From Macrostomum lignano (taxonomy: Eukaryota), in contig NIVC01000507.1 of assembly GCA_002269645.1 (NCBI GenBank), forward strand, positions 434,001 through 498,000: DNA of 64,000 bases, written 5' to 3'. The notes beneath the pieces were generated by a model. It was not told where the DNA came from, ran no database searches, and was given only the letters and a program-made list of their open reading frames with translations. The position numbers and the translations under genes were made by a program. Every line of letters starts with the position of its first letter. Positions within the stretch are counted from its first letter, which is position 1. Of the stretch, positions 1 to 11,400 are shown piece by piece.

Positions 1-165
1 AAGACAGCAAGCATCCCCCAGATTGCAAGCATCCCCCAGATTGCAAGCATCCCCCAGATAGCAAGCATCCCCCAGATAGCAAGCATCCCCCAAATAGCAA
101 GCATCCCCCAAATAGCAAGCATCCCCCAGATAGCTAGCATCCCCAAATAGTAAGCATCCACCAGA
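1..165. repeat. 18-bp minisatellite (GCAAGCATCCCCCAGATA)n, runs off window start
   Basis: Unit read directly, about 9 copies with point variants. Confidence 0.9.
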
Positions 166-264
166 CAATAAGTAGCTAGTGCAACAATTTCCTTAGCTCT
201 ATAGTGACTCCTTTAAAATTGGCATGACGCTTAATTTTATGTTTGAAATTGTGTATATTTTGTT

Positions 265-1020
265 TGACATGGTGGCTCTTTAATGTTTGACAATTGACAT
301 GGTGGCTCTTTTATGTTCTACATGGTGGCTCTTTTATGTTTGATTCGGGGTTTTTTAATGTCTGATATGGTGTCTCTTTAATGTTTGACATAGTGGCTCT
401 TTTATGTTTGACATGATGGCTCTTTAATGTTTGACATGTTGGCTCTTTTATGTTTGATTCCGGGTTTTTTAATGTCTGATATGGTGTCTCTTTAATGTTT
501 GACATAGTGGCTCTTTTATGTTTGACAATGTGGCTCTTTAGTGTTTAAAATGGTGGCTCTTTAATGTTTGACATGGTGGCTCTTTAATGTTCGACATGGT
601 GGCTCTTTCTTGTTAGACATGGTGGCTCTTAAATGTTTTAAATTGTGGCTCTTTAATGTTTGACATGTTGGCTCTTTTATGTTTGACATGGTGGCTCTTT
701 TATGTTTGACATGATGGCTCTTTTATGTTTAACATTTTGGCTCTTTTATGTTTGACATGGTGGCTCTTTAATGTTTGACATGGTGGCTCTTTAATGTTTG
801 GCATGATGGCTCTTTGATGTTTGACATGGAGTCACGAATATACTTGACATGGTGACTTGTTAATGTTAGACATGATGGCTCTTTTATGTTCAACATGGTG
901 GCTCTTTAATGTTCGACATGGTGGCTCTTTAATGTTAGACATGGTGGCTCTTTAATGTTCGACATGGTGGCTCTTTAATGTTCGACATGGTGGTTCTTTA
1001 ATGTTTGACATTGTGGCTCA
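265..1020. repeat. ~23-bp minisatellite (ATGTTTGACATGGTGGCTCTTTA)n
   Basis: About 30 degenerate copies read directly. ORF 311..505 is a by-product of this array. Confidence 0.9.
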
Positions 1021-1399
1021 TTGTGATATTGTAGGTACATAGTGTAGTAGGGCAGTATTTTAGGAATGGGAATTAGTAGTGAAGCAGATATGCTTTTTGC
1101 CTACTGTCAGTAGTTTAGGTTTGGGAAAGTAATTAGAGCGGGGGAAAATCGCTAGTTTTCGGGATTCTCTAGAAGTATAGAACAGTTTGGGGCTTGGGAA
1201 AGCAGACTTGTTAGTTAGTTTTATTTCCGACTGACTGGTGGCAGAGCTCAGAAATTAGGAAAGGTAAGAGGCAGGGAATATTGGGAAATTTTAAGTAAAA
1301 CTGTCGAGGTAGTTGATGCCGAAGCAGTACACCTACAGGTAGTTGATGCCTAACATTTTTGCACCAACCATTGCATGCTGTTTTCATTTTGTTTCCTTT

Positions 1400-2300
1400 T
1401 GAAGTATAAAACTTTTGTTAAACAATTTGGTTTTCCTGAGTCAATCCTTTGTCTCTACAATAATAGGACTAGGGAACAGGAAGCCTGGTGGCAGCGATTC
1501 TACCAAATCTCAAATCAGTACAGCAGATAATAATCCACTAGTAAAATCCTTAGTAGCAAATAGATCAACCAGTAGCCTAAACCGCGAGGAAGCGCCCATT
1601 CCAATAGTTTTGATTTTTAGTATATAGGATATATTCAAATTGTTTTTTTATTCTAGATGCAGTACATCTTTATGCCATTTTGGAATGAACGTATACCTTG
1701 TTAACAATGTCTTAGCAAACATGCAGTTCCAAAAAGTTACAAAGATAAGAAAAAGCTAATCAAAGAAATATTTACTATTGATTATCATTGACAAGATGTA
1801 AGTGTTGTAAGTTTAAGAACACAAATATAAATGCAACAAATTGTAGAATATTTGAACTATTCAATAGTCTAATATGACACTCATATGCCATGTAGCCCAG
1901 GGTTGATTGCAAGCAATTACATTAATTTGGGGCTAAATAAGAATTTTGGAATGGGACTACCCATATAATTAGCAACCTTGAAGGCCAATCCCTAGACATA
2001 GTAAGTGCAAATGCCTAGTATTAAATTAAGGGCCACTATATTCTGCCCTGTGTGCATACCTATGCTTGGTAATGTCCATATCCACATGAATATATGCCTA
2101 CTCAATGAAGTTGGTGATATAAGTAGTATTGCCTCTTCTTGCCTCTTGATATTGTTTAAAATGTACCAAGGTATACATAACTGCCACTATCTTTAAAGGG
2201 CAAAATATAGACAATAGCAAATCTTAGGTTTTTCTTAAGGGGGTCAGCAAACCCTTTTGACCCTTCCCCCAGATCTACCAATGAGTTCAAGCTTCAAGCT
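1400..2300 (-). mobile_element. Heavily decayed hAT-like transposase remnant
   Basis: Manual minus-strand translation gives HTGQNI (~2040-2060) and DIVNKV...KNQNYWNGRFLAV (~1575-1715). These resemble the hAT HTGxNI and TRWNS motifs, with several TAA/TAG/TGA stops. Confidence 0.4.
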
Positions 2301-3055
2301 CAACATTTCTTTTAAGCAATAACTACAAAAGCCAAAGAAAAAATTCTTTTCAGAGTGAGAGTCAGCCAACCTCTTTTACCTTGCCCTGTTTAGATTTTTA
2401 ATGAAAAAGTTAGTGTAAATATCAAGAACTTTTAAAGACATTTACTTAAAACCATGCATGTAGATTTATTTTTAAGAGCAAAGTTCTTAGGACTTTTTAA
2501 AATTTAAATACAACTTTTCTATGACTATAATTTCTAGAACTTACATAGTTATAAATAAGGTAAACAATTATATATTATAACTTTGCTACATAGATCCAAC
2601 CTTGATATAATGCTAGCTTATATAATTTTCTTTGTGGCTAGAAGCCAACTAAGTTTATTGACAATATCAACATTAAATTTGGTATATCTATTATTAAGAC
2701 CTTTGCATTGTTTATTTGATGCAATAACTATAGAAATTAAAATTGGATATCAATACCTAAATTCAAGAACTTTTCCAATAATCAGATATGCTTATTATAA
2801 CAAATAAAGATTATAAATATTTCTTATGATAATAATTGCTATATCAAAAATTGCTTTAAGGTCAAGTGTAATATTCAATAATAAATGTTACTTATAATTT
2901 AAATAATTTTTTTTATTTGTTCTTCTCATTGGTTTAATTGTTTTAGTTTTTTGTCTGCTTTTTGGTATATTTTTGGTCAAGGAAAGGTTAATTATCTGAT
3001 TTATTAATATTAGGCTATTGGCCTAGACAGCTAAATCAACTAGGTATTAAGCATA

Positions 3056-3059
3056 TATT

Positions 3060-3091
<32 letters not shown>

Positions 3092-3135
3092 AATATATAT
3101 ATATAAATATATATATATAAATATATATATATATC
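3056..3135. repeat. (TA)n microsatellite
   Basis: Direct read. Confidence 0.9.
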
Positions 3136-5444
3136 TACTTAGGTATAAAACTAGAAGCAATGAAAGGCAGAAATTAAATCATGCTACAAAACTTTTTAAA
3201 GTAGGGTTTTAAATAAAAATATCAAGATAAGGCAAAAAATGAATAAGTAGTACCAATTCTTTTTGGCTTTAGCTTAAAAGAAAGGCAATAACCTCCTTGC
3301 TATACTATAATTTTATTATTGCTTTAATTGTAATAATAATATTTGATTACACCTTCCATAATAACAAAATGTGTGATTAACAATAGGGGCCTAGCAATAG
3401 CTACAACAGTTTTATAGTGCATCTGAAGGCTACATATGACTGTTTAGTCCAAGGATTTGATGTTGCCATAGATATCCATATTTATCCCAGCTAATACTAG
3501 TATCCATTTTATAGCTAGCTAGACTAAAGCAAAACTAGTTATTCTACTAAACTAGGTAGATTAAATGCCTTGTTCAAGGATATAAATAGTTTTAAGTAGT
3601 TTAGGAATCAAACACTGAACCTTTAGTTGTGAGTTCAATAGGCCCTATTAACTACAAGGCTATATAATTATAACCCTTGTTGTAGTCTTCTAAGAATTGA
3701 ATGTAAATAATTTACTAAGAACTAATTAGTTTACTTATACTAGCTATCTAACCTAAAAGGGTTATATCTTATTCTATCTAACCTTAAAGGGTATGATCAT
3801 GGAAAAATCATTGATAGTCTATGATCTATTTCAATAGAATTTCTATTTTATTTTTAAGGTATAACTATCATCTATAGGCCTTTTCGTATTGCTTGTTCTG
3901 GTTCCAGAACCAGAACCAATTTGTAAAGTATAACTTTTTGTCTCCATAACTAGAGGGAGATACGTGCTATAAAGTTTTTATTATTGAATGACAATCGCCA
4001 AGAAGAAAGTGAAAAATTGTGCTAAGTGAGGTTGTTAAGCCAGTCAAACATTCAACAGAATTAAATAGTTTTACTGCTGTTTTTCTTGGAAGATCCGATC
4101 TGATTTCTGATTCTGGAACTGGTAATATGAAAAGCCCCTATATAGATTTAATATAAGGACAATAAGAATAGTTGAAATTATTAGAAATTAAGGCAAGGCA
4201 AGGCAAATTAAAAGGGTGTTGACACAGACAACGAATTGGTGCCATTTTTTACTCTTTAAAACAAAGTAAAAGAATCTTAAGATTTAGTAGAAGCGCAACC
4301 TAAAAAGGTACTTTTAAATTCTACTACTGTTGGTTTTTTTAATCAAGGATTTATCTTTTATTTTTTTTATTTGTTTAATGGAAATTCCTTTTCCTGTTAT
4401 TGTGTTCGCAGTGTGCTATATTTAGGAAGATTGAACTCAAAAATATCAGCAAAAGATATGCTTATCTATTTATTGTCAAATATAATATAACTATCTAATT
4501 CTTTCAATCAGTTAAAAAAAGAATAACGCAAAAAAACACAGTGTGAAACTTTAAACAAATCGCGCGTTAAAAATGGCTGCGCAATTAATGTAAGGGGCAA
4601 TGTACATGTACTACAATTAACAATTTATTTTATGTTGAATTATATATACGTAGTAAAGTGTGCAAAACCAACATGAATGTACTGTTTGCTGTTTGCTATA
4701 TGAGCAAACTGATCAAGTTACATTGGTATAGTATATGTACATTTACTCTGCAATATCACGGACAATGTTACCCCGCGGTAACGGCAAATCTGAATGCCGG
4801 CGATCCGTGGTGATCCGATCCGACGGCGACGATTAAATCGACGTATAAGGACGTTATACTTGTACATCGGGCGAAAGTGTCGGTGGTATTACATCTGTCA
4901 CCGACGTTGATTTTTATATATTATATATACATGCATGTTAGATGCGTCGTACGTGTGAACGTCGATCGCGACGACGGACGACGGATCGCCGACGTCGGAT
5001 TGCTGCATGTAGAGGGGGTAGATACAGAAGAGAAAGTCCATCAGGTGCTTTTTGTGTATATATATAGCATGATTGTCCAGTGGATCTAGTCCATTTACAC
5101 TATGTGACATGTGTACAGTATGTACATGTACATACATGTAAATGTAACTTTCGCCGACGCTATAATACATGTAATACCAAAGCACATGTGGCACCGATCC
5201 ATAGATATCTATATGACAAAAGATTGCTACTTCTATACAAATTTTCCGACCTAAAATCTAGCCTATTAGTTGTACACTAACAGTACATGCACATCCACAT
5301 GTTTATTATACATGTATACACGTATATTTATCAAAAAGCACAGAACATACATGCAGGTTGTAAAACAAGGATTGGTGTTATATATATATAGTATCGAATC
5401 AACTTAACAACTGTAGAAACTGTAGGTAAAGTCGTATCGTGAAT

Positions 5445-8400
5445 TCATGAATTTTGTCTAGCGCCAACAGCCCGCTTAACCAGATCGAGCAGAACGATAC
5501 GAAGGTAGCGCACAAACACGTAATCAGATTCCCGGTAGAGCATATCGAATAGAACCTTGACGAATAAGAAGCAAAGTAGAATTACAATCGACATGCGGAA
5601 TAATAGTTCTAGTAGAAGGCCAATTGCAATGTAGTGACTGGCCTGGATCTCAGTAAGGCAGTGCTTGTGACAAACTCGTAGTGTCTCGCGGTTTCCCTAG
5701 GGATAAAAGAGATATTATCGAATAATTATATCGACAGTTGATAGTTACACGCGTCAAAATTAAGATATATTTAATAATAATATGCATTATTGGTCTCTAA
5801 CAAGGATTTGAGAAGAGGAGAAGACAGTATCCCATGGGATTCGATGGGGATTCGATGGAGATTCGATGGAGATTTGATTAGATTCGAGATGGGATTCGAT
5901 GGAGTTCGATATGGGGATATGGGGATATGGGGATATGGGGAATTTCGCTGAGAGGGCAGAGTTTCTCAGTGATTAACGCGTCTGACTCTCGCGTCACACG
6001 ACTCGTGGGTTCGATTGCCCACAATTCATTTGGGGATCGTGCGATGCACACCTACCGGTATGAGGGCCAGTCCCAAGGCACAGAGTGTGTACATGTCTGA
6101 CTAATTAGAGTCCGGGCCGCTGTACACCCCTGTGTGAGCCAGTGCGAGCCTGCACGCTGATTGAGGGACAATGTCGCCTAATTTCTCGTCAGCTATGTAG
6201 CAAGCTAAACTGCAAACTTCATCCCCAGAAGCACCAAATTTTCACCAACCGGACATCGCTGCTTCGCGTCCTGGCCGCCTCGTTGACGATTCCAGCAGAC
6301 GCGGTGGCTGACCTGCCAGCCCTGGCCGCAGAGCGAGTCGCAGGAGCTCCAATCGCTCCAGTAGGTCCACTGGTACACAATGGGCTCCTCGCATAATCGG
6401 CCCTCAAATCCCGGGGTGCAAACGCATTCAAATTTCTCGCCGTCTAGCGAACTGTGACAGACGCCGTTGTTGGCGCAGATTATGGAATCGCAGGCGCTTC
6501 TTTTATCCAAGCAGTTGTCTTCTCGAAGCGCTTTCTTGCGCTGATAGCCTTTAGGGCACTTGCAAATGTAGTGGTTGAATCCAGCCTGACAATATTAGGG
6601 CAATGTTAGCGGCGATCGGTTACTAAAGGTAGGAAGCAAGAGACTTGGTTGCCTATTTTTTACGAAACTCTCAATTTTATTTCTACGATCGTACATGTAC
6701 AAACGAACTTTGAATCTAGCTATTTAGATGATCTTTTACGGTCGTAGATTGACGAGGATTTGCTAGATTTATACGAAACATGGAAACCATAGTTTCATCG
6801 TATGTCAAAGACTCAAACCTCGCTTGTGTCTGAACCTATTGTAAGGGATCGATGCGTCAATAGATCGACACTAAGATCTTGACACCAACTGTCCGAAATC
6901 TGGGTGCCTTCTGACACTGACACCCGATGCTGGCGCCTTCTGACACTGACACCCGATCCTGGCGCCTTCTGACACTGACACCCGATCCTGGCGCCTTCTG
7001 ACACCCTGATCTTTGCACCTTCTGATAAACTGATCCTGGCGCCTTCTGATGCCCTGATATTTGCGCCTTATGATAAACTGATCCTGGCGCCTTCTGAAAA
7101 CCTGATCTTTGCGCCTTATGATAAACTTATCCTGGCGCCTTCTGACACCCTGATCTTTGCACCTTCTGATAAACTGATCCTGGCGCCTTCTGATGCCCTG
7201 ATATTTGCGCCTTATGATAAACTGATCCTGGCGCCTTCTGAAAACCTGATCTTTGCGCCTTATGATAAACTTATCCTGGCGCCTTCTGACACCCTGATCT
7301 TTGCACCTTCTGATAAACTGATCCTGGCGCCTTCTGATGCCCTGATATTTGCGCCTTATGATAAACTGATCCTGGCGCCTTCTGAAAACCTGATCTTTGC
7401 GCCTTATGATAAACTGATCCTGGCGCCTTCTGAAACCCACACCCCGATCCTGGCGCATTCTGACACATCGATCTAGGTCTCCTGTCTGAGATCTAGGCGC
7501 TGTCTGACACATCGATCTAGGCGCTGTCTGACTCACCGATCTAGGCGCTGTCTGACACACCGATCTAGACGCTGTCTGACACACCGATCTAGGCGCTGTC
7601 TGACACACCGATCTAGGCGCTGTCTGACACACCGATCTAGGCGCTGTCTGACACACCGATCTAGACGCTGTCTGACACACTGATCTAGACGCTGTCTGAC
7701 ACACCGATCTAGACGCTGTCTGACACACCGATCTAGACGCTGTCTGACACACCGATCTAGACGCTGTCTGACATCAATCCCCATGACGTGTCGGACGGCA
7801 CATGCTTTGCGTCAAGAATTACCTGATGTTTCTCAAAGCCCCAGAATATGGCAAATCTAGGTAAACTACGCACATGCTTCAGGTTAAAATCATATACAGA
7901 GATCTTCTTACCGACGCTGAACAAGTCCCGCCATAATCTACGCGACACATCTCGTTGCCGCTCATTTTGCCGTCGGCACCAGTGTTACAGGGGTTCCTGT
8001 ACCTTTGGCACCTGTCGCCTTCGAATTCGGGATAGCAGTCGCATCGGAGGTGGCCCTCCCGACTAATTAACCTGTCGTGTCCGACATCCTTAATCGACAG
8101 TTCTACAGCTGGTACAAACGAGCAATAACGCGTACTGGTCGGCTCGCAGTCCACGTTGCAGTCGAAAGATTCGTCGCAGCTCAGACTCAACGGGTTCCAC
8201 ACGTAGCCGGCCATGCATTCGCATCTATTAAAGAGGTGGTGGCGGTCACGTGATCTGCTTGAGCAACAAACTTTTTTGTTCGTCATTTTTTCTCTGTCAA
8301 AAAGTGTTTGCTGATGACAGTCTGTGGCAGAAATACGCTAAAGTCCGTTTTCTTGGAAATAAGCTGAAGGTCGGTAAGGAACGTCTACAGACTTACAGAC

Positions 8401-11400
8401 TGAGAAATACCATCTCTACACACTTACAGACTGAGCAATACCATCTCTACACACTTACAGACTGAGCAATACCATCTCTACACACTTACAGACTGAGCAA
8501 TACCATCTCTACACACTTACAGACTGAGCAATACCATCTCTACACACTTACAGACTGAGCAATACCATCTCTACACACTTACAGACTGACCAATACCATC
8601 TCTACACACTTACAGACTGAGCAATACCATCTCTACACACTTACAGACTGACCAATACCATCTCTACACACTTACAGACTGAGCAATACCATCTCTACAC
8701 ACTTACAGACTGACCAATACCATCTCTACACACTTACAGACTGAGCAATACCATCTCTACAGACTTACAGATTGACCAATACCATCTCTACAGACTTACA
8801 GACTGAGCAATACCATCTCTACACACTTACAGACTGGCCAATACTATCTCTACACACTTACAGACTGGCCAATACTATCTCTACATACTTACAGACTGAG
8901 CAATACCATCTCTACACACTAACAGACTGGCCAATACCATCTCTACACACTTACAGACTGGCCAATACCATCTCTACACACTTACAGACTGGCCAATACC
9001 ATCTCTACATACTTACAGACTGAGTAATACCATCTCTACACACTAACAGACTGGCCAATACCATCTCTACACACTTACAGACTGAGCAATACCATCTCTA
9101 CACACTAACAGACTGGCCAATACCATCTCTATACACTTACAGACTGGTCAATACCATCTCTACAGACAGATAGACAGATAGACAGAGAAATGCCATCCTA
9201 GCAGCCTGAGAAATCCTTGCTGTAACTCACCTATAGTCAGTCTTTCCCAGCCCGACGGGAGTGCAATCTTTGCCGCTGGTGTGTGGCTTATTGTCGCAAA
9301 TGTCAGACTGCAGACATGGATTCGGGCACATACTGATGTCGAATATGTCATCCGCTTCTGAACTCGGCGAGTTTTTCCGATCACTATTCAACCATTTTGT
9401 ACACATGTGAGTAAGGTATTGCAACTGTACGTGCTCAAAGTTCCTATATGCATTGATCAACTCGTGACTGAGATGCCTGCGACAAGGTTTTTGGTATTTT
9501 TGTACAGGTTACCTTCAACACAATAATAAAAATAATCTTAATGAAAATAGAAAATACACATTGACCCGGTCTAATCCTACTGGTTATTATATATTGAACT
9601 CTAAGTGAATACTGTTTAAATTAGGTATTAATCCACCTAACAGGTTCCCTGATTTTCTTAATCCTTATTAAGGGTGGGTGTGGCGACCCCCCAGTCCCTA
9701 CTAGACTGAACAGCCGAACGCAGCCTTCAGATGCGCCGCGCAATAGCTGCGACTGATCTGTCGGTTGCACATCTGGCCCAATGCGGGCAGGTGTAATCAA
9801 TCATTATATTATTGATTATTCAGCTGTAATCAGTTCCTCAACAAATATGATGTTGCTGCCACACCTGCAGACCGTTTTATTTGCAACGCTTCGTATACGT
9901 AGCTATTCCTACGGATGTTTTTACGATTCAATAACTTACTCTCGATAATTATTGGCTCTAGACCAAAGTTTTTGGTGTTTTTACGATTCAATAACTTACC
10001 CTCGATAATTATTGGCGCTAGACCAAAGTATTTCTTGTTTTTACGATTCAATAACTTACCCTCGATAATTATTGGCGCTAGACCAAAGTATTTCTTGTTT
10101 TTACGATTCAATAACTTACCCTCGATAATTATTGGCGCTAGACCAAAGTATTTCTTGTTTTTACGATTCAATAACTTACCCTCGATAATTATTGGCGCTA
10201 GACCAAAGTATTTCGCGTTTTTACGATTTAATAATTTACCCTCGATAATTATTGACGCTAGACCAAAGTATTTCGTGTACAATTTGAATAAACTTCATTA
10301 TCCAAGAGTCTGCTAATAGCGTAAACCTGGCATATTTAAACGACTTTGGGCCAAGCGTCCTGTCAAAGTAGACCTGTAAGCCATAAATTCCCATTGCTTT
10401 GATGTTACTGTAGGCTATCTCTGGAGTATAACCGTAGCCCAGATAGTTCCAATCAAACAAGTACTCCAGTCCCAAAGGATAAAGATTACTAGCTGAAAAC
10501 GTGTCCGCATGCTCATTGAGAGCAATATGCTCGTACATGTGAAAATTAATATAGGGTTTCACTTCCCGAAGCAGATATGTTACTTTGCGCAGATTTTCAG
10601 GCGTCTTAGGAAAGTACATGTGCTTGCACATTCGCACGCGGTTAATGAACATTCTGTCCTTCGTAGTCACCATGTACATGCAGTAGCGGGTGATGAAATT
10701 CTGGTAGCAAGATGACCAGGTGTCAAACAGTTGACGAGCCACAGAGTCGAAATATCCCATTTGCGAGGCGGTTTTCAAGGTGCTGGAAAGTTGGAAAAAA
10801 ATTTCACTTGCAGTTTTGCCGAAAATCAAGGCACCATCGAGGACGTCCCTAAATAGAAGGGCTAGGGGAAAACCTCGCTTTCCAGATTGAATGCTCGAAT
10901 TTCAAAAAAATAAACGATGGCCAACCCCCAAGGCCCAGAGAATTTACATGCCTGACGATTAGTAGTTAAACAACAACCACAGCGCCAATCAATGTTATCT
11001 TGTAATGATTACAATAGGTACAAAAGGCCCCAGAGCGGTGACCATGGCTCTCTCGGGTCGTGGCTGTTTTACCAAGCGTCGCCACATCCTTAAGGAAAAA
11101 TCCGCATTGCCCATTCTGCCTCTTCGGTGTTGAGAATGTGGAGCACTTTATCTGTGAATGCCCCGCCTTTACTCAGGACAGGCTCACCTATCTGGGCCCA
11201 AAACCCGGACCTCTCCGACGTTTTCAGGCCCGAGAATCTCTGCCAGCTCGTCCGCTACCTTGAAGGGCTACCGGGCGAGCGACTATCCTTCTCCTGGACT
11301 CTATGGAGGGGGACCGCGCGCTGTGGACACACCGCAGCACCAGCTGCCCTTAGACGCTAGGGATTTGCGGAATGGGCGTCAACGCCTCCCGTTGCATCCA

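Noticed and set aside
6813-7784. Long ORFs such as 6871..7752 (293 aa)
   Set aside because: They are translations of stop-free intronic minisatellites.
8308-8340. Hammerhead ribozyme cores (CTGATGA at ~8311 and ~22616)
   Set aside because: No proper stem II followed by GAAA, and no closing stems could be built.
10400-10520. Tyrosinase-like LGYxY tail in exon 2 of the EGF gene
   Set aside because: No CuA/CuB histidine motifs. The resemblance is too short.
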